Shown here: one piece after another, positions 1 to 7,312 of the stretch
Layout of the letters: each line of letters opens with the position of its first letter
Position numbering within the stretch: position 1 is the first letter of the stretch
Assembly: GCA_964244895.1 (NCBI GenBank)
Contig: CAXTKV010000179.1
Location: 1-10,914, forward strand
Length of the DNA stretch: 10,914 bases
DNA from: an uncultured Deinococcales bacterium
GTDB lineage: Bacteria > Deinococcota > Deinococci > Deinococcales > JAAFIG01
Direction: 5' to 3'
Notes under the pieces: model-generated
Told to the model about the DNA's origin: nothing
Seen by the model: only the letters and a program-made list of their open reading frames with translations
Databases searched by the model: none
Made by a program: the position numbers and the translations under genes

Positions 1-253
1 GTGGGACGCGGAAACGGTGTTGCGGAGCGTCGCCAAAACCGGGCGCGTCGCGGTGATCAACGAAGCGCCCTTGACGAGCGGTTTCGCCTCCGAGATCACC
101 GCCACCATCAGTGAGGAACTGCTCGATCAGCTCCAAGCTCCGCCCGCCCGCGTCGCGGGATTCGACACGCCCTACCCGTATGCGCTGGACAAGACGTACC
201 TGCCCGGCGTCAACCGCATCCTTCGCGCCGCCGCGCGGGTTCTCGATTACTGA
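1..253 (+). CDS. bkdA2: 2-oxoisovalerate (branched-chain alpha-keto acid) dehydrogenase E1 beta subunit, 3' part (5' end outside window)
   Basis: The frame from base 2 reads [23 protein letters not shown]...[12 protein letters not shown]...[23 protein letters not shown]...RVLDY*. This is the transketolase C-terminal domain of alpha-ketoacid dehydrogenase E1-beta, of the Thermus/Deinococcus BCKDH type, and it is followed directly by an E2 gene. The track's start at 17 is internal. Confidence 0.9.
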   Translation, partial: WDAETVLRSVAKTGRVAVINEAPLTSGFASEITATISEELLDQLQAPPARVAGFDTPYPYALDKTYLPGVNRILRAAARVLDY

Positions 254-260
254 GATTTCA

Positions 261-319
261 GGAACACCGTCCTGCACGCCGTTTTTTGATGCCCGAGATT
301 TGCGCCCTAGACGGTGTTC
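261..319. repeat. Intergenic composite palindromic element, copy 1
   Basis: GAACACCGTC (262-271) and GACGGTGTTC (310-319) form a perfect 10-bp inverted repeat. The interior aligns with copies 3 and 5 (GATGCCC.., AGATTTGCG). Confidence 0.85.
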
Positions 320-333
320 GCAAAAAGGAACTG

Positions 334-1680
334 ATGCCCAGAGAAATGCGAATGCCCGAACTCGCGGAAAGCGTCGTCGAGGGCGAGATCCTGAAATGGC
401 TGGTCGACGAAGGCGACCAGATCCAACTCGACCAACCCATCGTGGAAGTCATGACGGATAAGGTCACGGTCGAACTGCCCAGCCCGTTCGCGGGCAAGCT
501 CGAGAAAAAGCTCGCGTTAGAGGGCGCAATCGTGGCGGTTCACGCGCCCATCGCGGTCTTCGCCGACGCGATCCTGAACACACCGTCCCAGACGACTCCG
601 AGCGACACGCCCCAAGAAGACTCCGGCGATTCCCAGAGCTTATTCAAAGCCTTCAACCGCGACGAAACCATCAAGATGCCCGCCCGCAAAAGCGCGAACG
701 CGCGCTCGAGTTCGACGGCGCAGACCCAGGCCGGAACGAACGAGTTTGGGCGCGCGCTGGCCGTGCCCGCCGCACGCGCGCTCGCCAGAGAATTCGGCGT
801 GGACATTTCAGGCGTGCCCGGATCGGGGCCGAACGGACGCGTGCGCGTCGCGGACGTGGAAGCGTACCTCGAGCGAGAAACCCCACCAGCGCCGCCCAGC
901 GTTGAAACTCGAGCAGGATTGCCCGTCCCGCCCGTGCAGTACAGGACGCCCAGAGGCTACGAACACCTCGAGACGCGCGCGCCGTTGCGCGGCCTGCGGC
1001 GCGCCATCAGCAACCAGATGCTCGCCAGTCACCTGTACACGGTTCGCACGTTGACCGTGGACGAGGTGGACATGACGGCGCTGGTCGCACTGCGCGAACG
1101 CGTCAAGCCCAGGCTCGAGCCATCCGGCCTGAAACTCTCGTACCTGCCGTTCATCTTCAAATCGATTGCCACCGCGCTTCGAGCCTTCCCCAGCCTCAAT
1201 TCCAGCCTGGACGAAGCCGCGCAAGAAGTCGTGCTGAAGCGCTACTACAACATCGGCATGGCGGTCAGCACCGACGGCGGATTGATCGTGCCTGTGCTGC
1301 GCGACGTGGACAAAAAAAGCATCCTCGAGACCGCGCGTGAGGTCGCAGACGTGGGCGCGAGGGCTCGAGAAGGAACGCTGAAACCCGAAGAAACCACGGG
1401 CAGCACCTTCAGCGTCACGAACATCGGCAGCATCGGCGGGCTGTTCAGCTTCCCGATCATCAACGTGCCAGACGCCGCGATTTTGGGCGTTCACAGCATC
1501 CAGAAACGCGCCGTGGTGATTGAAAAAGACGGTGAAGATCAGATCGTGGTGCGACAGATGATGTACCTGTCGTTGTCGTTCGATCACCGACTGGTGGACG
1601 GCGCGGAAGCCGCACGTTTTTGCAAGGCCGTGATTCGCTTGCTCGAGAATCCCGACGTGCTGATGCTGGAAGCGATTTGA
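334..1680 (+). CDS. bkdB: Dihydrolipoamide acyltransferase (E2) of the branched-chain 2-oxoacid dehydrogenase complex
   Basis: ATG at 334 follows AAGGAA. The protein has a lipoyl domain (MPELAESVVEGEILKWLV...EVMTDKVTVELPSP), an E3-binding domain (AVPAARALARE..GSGPNGRV) and a catalytic domain ending in DHRLVDG. 448 aa. Confidence 0.93.
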   Translation: MPREMRMPELAESVVEGEILKWLVDEGDQIQLDQPIVEVMTDKVTVELPSPFAGKLEKKLALEGAIVAVHAPIAVFADAILNTPSQTTPSDTPQEDSGDSQSLFKAFNRDETIKMPARKSANARSSSTAQTQAGTNEFGRALAVPAARALAREFGVDISGVPGSGPNGRVRVADVEAYLERETPPAPPSVETRAGLPVPPVQYRTPRGYEHLETRAPLRGLRRAISNQMLASHLYTVRTLTVDEVDMTALVALRERVKPRLEPSGLKLSYLPFIFKSIATALRAFPSLNSSLDEAAQEVVLKRYYNIGMAVSTDGGLIVPVLRDVDKKSILETAREVADVGARAREGTLKPEETTGSTFSVTNIGSIGGLFSFPIINVPDAAILGVHSIQKRAVVIEKDGEDQIVVRQMMYLSLSFDHRLVDGAEAARFCKAVIRLLENPDVLMLEAI

Positions 1681-1694
1681 AGACTCAAGACTGA

Positions 1695-1760
1695 GAGGAT
1701 ACCGTCCAGCGCGGCGTTCTCGAGATCGTAGAATTCATCGTCTGGGACGGTGTTCTCGAG
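1695..1760. repeat. Intergenic composite palindromic element, copy 2
   Basis: GAGGATACCGTCC (1695-1707) pairs with GGACGGTGTTCTC (1745-1757), followed by GAG. Both arm mismatches would be G-U/U-G wobbles on the + strand. It lies between the convergent E2 and DUF4238 genes. Confidence 0.85.
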
Positions 1761-1803
1761 GTCGCGACGAACCCAGTCGAAGACTAAGATTTGCTCTGCG
1801 CAC

Positions 1804-2649
1804 TTACAGTCTAAAACCTTGAATGAGCTTATGCAAAGGCGAGAAACCTTTGATAACTTCTGTTTCAATTCCGTTCCTAGAGCAGTATGTTTGCCTATGA
1901 CATAAAAGTGTCTGTAAGCAATTTAACGAAACTATGTCTTGCATTTCAAGGTTATAAACTTGGTTTTCAATGATTTTAGCTTCAGATTGAGCATCTTTAA
2001 TGAAGAGAACATGTTTTGGATCGAGCGGAAAGAATATATCTATGCCTTCGAGTGTTGAGAGTTGCCGATTTTTAGGATTCATAACAATTCCCATAGGATC
2101 TGCTTCTTTAGAGTGGATTTGTACTGGCTGATCAGAAGTAACGAGAAGATAATCATTATTATTGACCTTACCAATTTTCCACGTCTTTTTCCAAAGAAAT
2201 TGCCGAAACTCCAATTCGATCTCTTTTTGGAAAATACTTAAAACATGAAACGCTGATTTACTCAAACCGAATAAATCTTTCGCTACAATTCTTTCTCTAT
2301 ACCATTTTGTTCTAATAAATTGAACGTAAATGTGAACACAAACTTCACGTTTTAAATCATCGTCTATTTCTCCATTTGTTTTTGCAATTTCAATCAAGCG
2401 ATTAATTGCTCGAGAAAATTGTCTCTCGAGTTCAGAAAAAACGTGCTCTGCGTACTGTGATTTTTCTGGATCAGCAATCGAATCTAACTCAGAATCATAA
2501 AACCTTCTTTGAGATGCAACGCCGGTTACATTTGAATGAAATAACTTGCTGTTTTCATGATCGAACACCCAAATTTTATTCCCAGAATCATCTGAGAATC
2601 TTTTCAAATAAAATCTAGGAACATAGTGTTGATTAATGACTTTATCCAT
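1804..2649 (-). CDS. DUF4238 domain-containing protein (candidate anti-phage defence protein), AT-rich
   Basis: The N-terminal QHYVPRFYLKRF motif, internal QFIRT, and LVTSDQPV / IFFPLDPK motifs are typical of DUF4238. ATG at 2649 (MDKVINQHY, 281 aa) follows AAGG and is preferred over the track's 2679. The gene is visibly far more AT-rich than its neighbours. Confidence 0.82.
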   Translation of the reverse strand: MDKVINQHYVPRFYLKRFSDDSGNKIWVFDHENSKLFHSNVTGVASQRRFYDSELDSIADPEKSQYAEHVFSELERQFSRAINRLIEIAKTNGEIDDDLKREVCVHIYVQFIRTKWYRERIVAKDLFGLSKSAFHVLSIFQKEIELEFRQFLWKKTWKIGKVNNNDYLLVTSDQPVQIHSKEADPMGIVMNPKNRQLSTLEGIDIFFPLDPKHVLFIKDAQSEAKIIENQVYNLEMQDIVSLNCLQTLLCHRQTYCSRNGIETEVIKGFSPLHKLIQGFRL

Positions 2650-2654
2650 AATTA

Positions 2655-2683
2655 ACCTTATATCTACTACGCTAAACATTCAA
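2655..2683 (-). promoter_or_regulatory. Putative sigma-70 promoter of the DUF4238 gene (possibly leaderless transcript)
   Basis: On the minus strand: TTGAAT (2683-2678), 17 nt, TAAGGT (2660-2655), 5 nt, ATG. The AT-rich context raises the chance of a coincidental match. Confidence 0.4.
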
Positions 2684-2772
2684 TTTATGTCATATAAATA
2701 CTATTCTTGGGTAATTTACCATTAGCGCTTCCAATTTTCACCACCTGATGCATTCGGTGACAATTGAGAAAC

Positions 2773-3009
2773 TCACGACGCTTTGAGGTGTTGTCGCGCC
2801 CGAGCTTTGACGAGCCGCATGATGTGCCCTAGCTGAACGTAATGATCGAGTTCGGAACGTTCCTCGCTGGTGGTTTCGCCGCGCTTCTCACCCTCCAGGA
2901 GTTCCTGCACGCGAGCGCAAGCCGTTTCAGACGGTTGGAAGTCCGCGACACGGCGCGAATCGCTGCCTGCTGCGATGAATTCGATGACTTCCTCGCAGGC
3001 TCGCGTCAT
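2773..3009 (-). CDS. Small conserved hypothetical protein (78 aa), possible antitoxin-like or HNH-associated family
   Basis: The pattern EEVIEFIAAG...FQPSE..ARVQELL..EK.G..T.EE.SELDHY.QL.HIMRL.KARAR resembles, from recollection, a family of ~75-80 aa helical proteins often encoded before HNH nucleases. TAGAAT lies 9 nt upstream of the ATG. Confidence 0.7.
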   Translation of the reverse strand: MTRACEEVIEFIAAGSDSRRVADFQPSETACARVQELLEGEKRGETTSEERSELDHYVQLGHIMRLVKARARQHLKAS

Positions 3010-3075
3010 GCTGAACTTATTCTAGGCTTTTGCAGAGGATTCGTGGCGATCCCAATTCTCGAAACCTGATCTATA

Positions 3076-3138
3076 GAGAACACCGTCCCACACGGCGTTT
3101 CTTTATCTCGAGAATTTGCGTACCAGACGGTGTTCTCG
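3076..3138. repeat. Intergenic composite palindromic element, copy 3
   Basis: GAGAACACCGTC (3076-3087) and GACGGTGTTCTC (3126-3137) form a perfect 12-bp inverted repeat, with central ATCTCGAGAATTTGCG. Confidence 0.9.
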
Positions 3139-3162
3139 TGCAAGTCTCAAGAATTTCTCGAT

Positions 3163-4053
3163 TCAGCCGCGCCACGAAGCAGCCTCGGGCGAGACGAATC
3201 GTTGATCAGTATTCGCATCTCGTTTTTCCAGAATCACCAGCGCAATTCCCCCCAGGATGGCGATGGACGCCAGCACCAGGCGCAGGGTGACGGATTCCCC
3301 CAGAAAAGCGATGCCGCCCAGGGCCGCAATCACCGGGACGCTGAGTTGCACGATCGAGGCGTGGGTGGCTTTCAACGCGGGCAAGACCGTGTACCAGATG
3401 GCGTACCCCATCCCCGAAGTCAATGCGCCAGATGCGAGGGCGTACCCAATTCCGGCGCTGTCCAGAGAGGCGCGGTTGTGCAGCAGCAAGCTCAAGACGG
3501 CGGCCATCGGGACGGCGCGCAGGAAGTTCCCCGCCGTGACCTGGGTTGGATCGCCCGCGTTTTTGCCGCGCAACGAATAGACGCCCCAGGCGATTCCGGC
3601 GCTCAGCATCAACAGGGAACCCAGCGCGGGCGGTGCGGCGAGTCCGGGCAGCAGCAGGCTGACCAGCCCTCCCAGGGCCAGCATCAGCCCGACGAGTTGC
3701 AGCCTGTGCAAGCGTTCTCCCGTCCAGATGCCGCGCCCGATCATGGTGGCCTGGACAGCCCCGAAGAGCAGCAACGAACCCGTGGCTGCGGGCAGGCTGA
3801 CGTACGCGAAGGAAAAACCAGCCGCGTACACGAACAGCGCGAGGGCCGATAACCAGTTGCCCTTGCTGGCTTGCGGGCCGCGCCGGGTTCTCGCGATCAG
3901 CCAGAGCGTCAGCGCGCCGGAAATCAGTCGGATGGCGGTGAAGCTGGCCGCGTCGATGCCGGTGTGTTTCAGGGCGACGCGGCACAGCAACGAATTGCCC
4001 GCGAAGGCGATCATGGTCAGCGCGGTCAGGGCGACGATGCGCGCCGTTGGCAT
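3163..4053 (-). CDS. DMT (EamA-like) family transporter
   Basis: About 10 hydrophobic segments in two halves: IAFAGNSLLCRVAL, AASFTAIRLISGA, FSFAYVSL, WGVYSLRGK, GYAIWY, IVQLSVPVIAALGGIAFLGE. The start is uncertain: 4053 (MPTARIVALT) best matches the family, and 4128 or 4137 are possible. Confidence 0.88.
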   Translation of the reverse strand: MPTARIVALTALTMIAFAGNSLLCRVALKHTGIDAASFTAIRLISGALTLWLIARTRRGPQASKGNWLSALALFVYAAGFSFAYVSLPAATGSLLLFGAVQATMIGRGIWTGERLHRLQLVGLMLALGGLVSLLLPGLAAPPALGSLLMLSAGIAWGVYSLRGKNAGDPTQVTAGNFLRAVPMAAVLSLLLHNRASLDSAGIGYALASGALTSGMGYAIWYTVLPALKATHASIVQLSVPVIAALGGIAFLGESVTLRLVLASIAILGGIALVILEKRDANTDQRFVSPEAASWRG

Positions 4054-4153
4054 GGATTGATGCTTCGGGCCGCCCGATGTGGTGGGCGGTGTCAGGCGCG
4101 TTTCTCGAGCATCGGAGCCCGTTTCCATGCCGTTCATGATACTTCACGCTGCA

Positions 4154-4218
4154 GGAACACCGTCCAGGACGGTGTTCTCGAATCTCGAGAATTCGCGTGT
4201 AGGACGGTGTCGCTCGAG
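4154..4218. repeat. Intergenic composite palindromic element, copy 4
   Basis: GAACACCGTCC-A-GGACGGTGTTC (4155-4177) is a perfect palindrome. It is followed by TCGAATCTCGAGAATTCGCGTGTA and a second right arm GGACGGTGTCGCTCGAG (4202-4218). Confidence 0.9.
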
Positions 4219-4224
4219 AATCAT

Positions 4225-5259
4225 CTATGAGACTCGCTCGAAACCTTCCAGCACGTTGACGGCGTTCACGCCGATGGCTTCGATCGCGTAGCCGCCCTCC
4301 ATCACGAACAGCGTGGGCGTTCCCAACCGTCCAATGCGCTCACCGACGCGCAGGTAATCGGGGCTCTCGAGGTTGAACTGGCTGATCGGGTCGTCTTTGA
4401 AGGTGTCCACGCCCAGGCTGACGATGATCGCGTCGGGTGCGTACTGTTGCACCTTCCGGCACGCGTCGTCGAGCGCCGAGAACCAGGTTTCAAAGCCCGT
4501 GCCGTGCGGCATGGGGTAGTTCAGGTTGTACCCTTGGCCTGCGCCCGCGCCGGTCTCGTCGGCGTGACCCAGGTAGTACGGGTACTCGACCATCGGGTCG
4601 GCGTGCAGGTTGATCAGTTGCACGTCTGCGCGCTCGAAGAATATCACTTGCGTGCCGTTGCCGTGGTGGTAATCCACGTCCAGAATCGTGACCCGAGACG
4701 CGCCGGAATCCCGGAAGGCTTGCGCGGCGATCGCGGCGTTGTTCAGGTAGCAGTAGCCGCCCATGTAATCCCCGGCGGCGTGATGCCCCGGTGGGCGGCA
4801 CAACGAGAACGCGGCCTTTGAGCCGTCCCGCACGATCTTCGCGCCCGTCAACGCGACTTGCGCGCTGCCGTAGAGGGCCTGCCAGGTTCCGGCCTGGATG
4901 GGTGATCCCGCGTCCAGGCTGAAAAATCCGAGCTTCCCGTCGATCTGATCGGGTTCCGTGCGCTGGTTCATGCCGCGCACGGGCCAGGTCATCGGCAGCG
5001 CATCGTGGGTGCGTCCAGCCGCCGTCCATTGCGACCAGGCCGTCTCGAGGAAGCGCACGTAATTTGGGGCGTGAATGCGCAGGATCGGTTCCAGCCCGAA
5101 ATCCGTGGGGGCGATCACCTCGCCCAGTTTCTGGTGTCGCACGCGTTCCAGCACGAGCTCCGCGCGGCGCGGCATCTCGAAGCACGGCACCAGCAGCCCG
5201 CCCGAGAGTTCGCTGTTGCCGTGGTGCAATGTGTGGCTTTCGGAATAGATCGTGATCAC
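4225..5259 (-). CDS. aphB: Acetylpolyamine amidohydrolase (histone deacetylase family)
   Basis: GTG at 5259 follows GAGG (MITIYSESHTLHHG, 344 aa). Motifs RPPGHH, GGYCYLNN, ILDVDYHHGNGTQ, SLGVDTFKDDP and MEGGY are present. The sequence closely resembles, from recollection, Pseudomonas PA0321/AphB-type APAHs. The track's extension to 5415 is non-homologous. Confidence 0.9.
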   Translation of the reverse strand: MITIYSESHTLHHGNSELSGGLLVPCFEMPRRAELVLERVRHQKLGEVIAPTDFGLEPILRIHAPNYVRFLETAWSQWTAAGRTHDALPMTWPVRGMNQRTEPDQIDGKLGFFSLDAGSPIQAGTWQALYGSAQVALTGAKIVRDGSKAAFSLCRPPGHHAAGDYMGGYCYLNNAAIAAQAFRDSGASRVTILDVDYHHGNGTQVIFFERADVQLINLHADPMVEYPYYLGHADETGAGAGQGYNLNYPMPHGTGFETWFSALDDACRKVQQYAPDAIIVSLGVDTFKDDPISQFNLESPDYLRVGERIGRLGTPTLFVMEGGYAIEAIGVNAVNVLEGFERVS

Positions 5260-5487
5260 GTTGAACCTCGTTGGGCGCGATGAGTGGCGGCTTGCACGGA
5301 CTGGAGTCGTTCGGGCAATCCTGACACGAGCGGGCGGTGGACTTCTCGCTCGAGCCACTTCCGATTCGCTCTTTCCTCGAGACGCGCTCGGGCGCGATGA
5401 ATATATCGGTTTCATGAAGCCAGTTCTGATCCGTCATGTGCGCAATACTGGCGTTCTCTCAAGCTGAATTTTCTATTCTGTTCCAAC

Positions 5488-5520
5488 ACATCTCACGCGC
5501 CTTTAACGCAACCTGAACGC
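5488..5520 (+). promoter_or_regulatory. Three tandem 11-bp boxes, putative response-regulator binding site
   Basis: ACATCTCACGC / GCCTTTAACGC / AACCTGAACGC occur in exact 11-bp phase upstream of the GH114-like gene. The middle box resembles ACCTTTACC at 6566, 8866 and 8899. Confidence 0.45.
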
Positions 5521-5568
5521 GAAGGCTCGAGCGTGGGTGCGCGCACTTCAAAAAGGGGAGGGGTGAAC

Positions 5569-6540
5569 GTGCGTCGTATTTGGCTGCTGGTCGTCCTCGC
5601 GATGCTCGCGTCTTGCGCCCTGGTCGATGTCGATCCCGCCCCGAGCCTGTTTGACACCGTGCCGCGAGGCCCGCGCGCGGCCTGGTCGGGCATTCAATCC
5701 TGGATGCGGCAGGACAACGGTTGCGATTTCGATCACCTGGAGCGCTCAAAGTTCGATCTGCTGGCCATCGCGCCGCGTTGCGTGCGCGGCGAAGCGCTCG
5801 AGCGGGATGAGTTGGCGCGTCTCAAACGCAGCAAATGGGTGATCGCGTACCTGGACATCGCGCGGGCCACGCCCGCCGAACCCAGAGCCTGGCCGAAACT
5901 GGTCAACGAGCGATCCGCCTTCATTTCCGGGTCGCGCACCCCGTGGGATTCGTACCCGGTCGACGTGACCAGCGACGCCTGGTTCCGCGTCCTCGAGACG
6001 ATCATCCGAGATGACCTCTCGCGCGGTTACGACGGCTTCTGGCTGGACGATTGCGCCGGGTACTGGGAAACCCGCGATGCCAACGCGGACGCCGTGCGCG
6101 ACCACACGAACCTGGTCAGGCGCATCCGGCAACTGGTCAACGCCATCAGACCGGGCGTGCGCCTGGTCTGCAACGCCGACACGTACCTGATCGAACTCGA
6201 TATCGGCAAGTCGGGCGCGCTGGGCAGGGCCAGCAACGCCCCGATGCCGGAATCGGAATCGGGCCGGACGGGTTTCCTGGCGGCGCTGGACGGCGTGGTG
6301 ATCGAAGGCTTCACCTATCAACTGCCCGCGCCGGGTCAGTTCAACACGGACAACAATCCGGTCAACCGCGCCCGTCAGCAACGCTGGTTCGGTGCGGCCC
6401 ACGAGCGCGGCGAGCGCGTCTTCACGCTGGATTTCGCGATGGATGCCGTCCGGCAGCGCCGCGCCTGGCAGGAAGCGCGGCGTTTCGGGTTCATCCCGGC
6501 GGTCAACCGGGGCAACGTCATCGGGGCGTTCGTCAACTGA
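5569..6540 (+). CDS. GH114/TM1410-like glycoside hydrolase (endo-alpha-1,4-polygalactosaminidase family) lipoprotein
   Basis: GTG at 5569 lies 7 nt after GGAGG. The signal MRRIWLLVVLAMLASC carries a lipobox (LAS-C). TIM-barrel motifs are FDLLAI, VIAYLDI, VDVTSDAW, GYDGFWLDD, RLVCN, DGVVIEG and VFTLDF. 323 aa. Confidence 0.75.
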   Translation: MRRIWLLVVLAMLASCALVDVDPAPSLFDTVPRGPRAAWSGIQSWMRQDNGCDFDHLERSKFDLLAIAPRCVRGEALERDELARLKRSKWVIAYLDIARATPAEPRAWPKLVNERSAFISGSRTPWDSYPVDVTSDAWFRVLETIIRDDLSRGYDGFWLDDCAGYWETRDANADAVRDHTNLVRRIRQLVNAIRPGVRLVCNADTYLIELDIGKSGALGRASNAPMPESESGRTGFLAALDGVVIEGFTYQLPAPGQFNTDNNPVNRARQQRWFGAAHERGERVFTLDFAMDAVRQRRAWQEARRFGFIPAVNRGNVIGAFVN

Positions 6541-6554
6541 AGCGCACCTTCGGC

Positions 6555-6589
6555 GCTCTTGCCAAACCTTTACCCCGTGCGGCTAGACT
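6555..6589 (+). promoter_or_regulatory. Putative promoter of the two-component operon with ACCTTTACC box and -10 TAGACT
   Basis: ACCTTTACC (6566-6574), 9 nt, TAGACT (6584-6589). A degenerate box GCTCTTGCC lies 11 bp upstream. The same geometry recurs at 8899-8922. Confidence 0.55.
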
Positions 6590-6619
6590 CGAGCCTGTAG
6601 CCTGCGGGCTGGAGGGAAC

Positions 6620-7312
6620 ATGCGTTTGCTGCTGGTAGAAGACGATCCGCGCCTGGCCGATCTGATCCTCGAAGGTCTGGCCGAGGATGGCTTGCGGGTC
6701 GAACACGCCGCCGACGCCACCGCAGGGTTGAGCATGGCCAGCCTGGAACCCTTCGATGCGATCATCCTGGACGTGATGCTGCCCGAAGGGCCTCAGGCGG
6801 GTTTCGAGATGGCGCGCAGCCTGCGCGATACCAGGCAGCACACGCCGATCCTGTTCCTGACGGCTCGCGCGGACATGGATTCAAAACTCTTGGGCCTGGA
6901 ACTGGGCGGCGACGATTACCTGACCAAACCCTTCGATTTCCGCGAGTTGCGCGCGCGCGTGCGCTCCCTGGTGCGGCGCGCGGGTGGAAACTCGAGCAAC
7001 CTGGTGCCGTTGCCGCTCGGGTACGCGCTCGATTTATCCGGTCACGAAGTCACCAGGGACGGCAGGTCCGTCAGCCTGACGCCGCGCGAATACGCGCTGA
7101 TCGAATGCCTCGGGTTGAATCCGGGTCGGGCATACTCCAGGGAATCGTTGATCGAACGCGTCTGGCCGGGTGATTCCGGCGTGGACACGAAAGTCGTGGA
7201 CGTGTACATCTCGAGCGTGCGCCGCAAGCTCGGCGAGGGCGTAATCGAGACGGTGCGCGGCCTGGGTTACCGGCTGGGGCGGATTCCTACGGTTTTGAAA
7301 GACCAGCCGTGA
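6620..7312 (+). CDS. OmpR/PhoB-family DNA-binding response regulator
   Basis: Receiver domain MRLLLVEDD...ILDVMLP...FLTAR...DDYLTKPF and winged helix LTPREY..., VVDVYISSVRRKL, IETVRGLGYRL. RBS GGAGG. Confidence 0.95.
   Translation: MRLLLVEDDPRLADLILEGLAEDGLRVEHAADATAGLSMASLEPFDAIILDVMLPEGPQAGFEMARSLRDTRQHTPILFLTARADMDSKLLGLELGGDDYLTKPFDFRELRARVRSLVRRAGGNSSNLVPLPLGYALDLSGHEVTRDGRSVSLTPREYALIECLGLNPGRAYSRESLIERVWPGDSGVDTKVVDVYISSVRRKLGEGVIETVRGLGYRLGRIPTVLKDQP

Noticed and set aside
2709..2720. GGTAATTTACC palindrome upstream of DUF4238
   Set aside because: It has only 5-bp arms, occurs once and lies in AT-rich DNA, so it cannot be distinguished from chance.
1695..4218. Repeats as canonical integron attC sites (AAC...GTT ends, ~60 bp, downstream of genes)
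   Set aside because: The ends are GAGAAC/GTTCTC rather than RYYYAAC/GTTRRRY. The arms lack the R/L box layout with unpaired spacer and extrahelical bases, there is no intI in the window, and one copy lies inside the core bkd operon.
5260..5415. N-terminal extensions given by the ORF track (APAH to 5415; also E2 from 286, GH114-like from 5533, secreted protein from 8824)
   Set aside because: The extensions are non-homologous, and some run through repeat or promoter DNA. The downstream starts have good RBSs and match family N-termini or signal peptides.
5260..5460. Known riboswitch (e.g. guanidine classes) upstream of the amidohydrolase
   Set aside because: I could not identify the conserved sequence motifs of any riboswitch class I know. 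The region is kept only as a low-interest structural observation.
6266..6280. GGACGGGTTTCCTGG in the GH114-like gene resembling the right arm of copy 5
   Set aside because: The match needs a gap, has no partner arm, and is explained by the coding sequence (RTGFL).
808..6638. Other long overlapping ORFs (808-1587 -, 3130-3852 +, 3206-4147 -, 4490-5437 -, 5746-6402 -, 6051-6638 +)
   Set aside because: These are alternative-frame or antisense ORFs with no recognisable motifs, overlapping well-supported genes.
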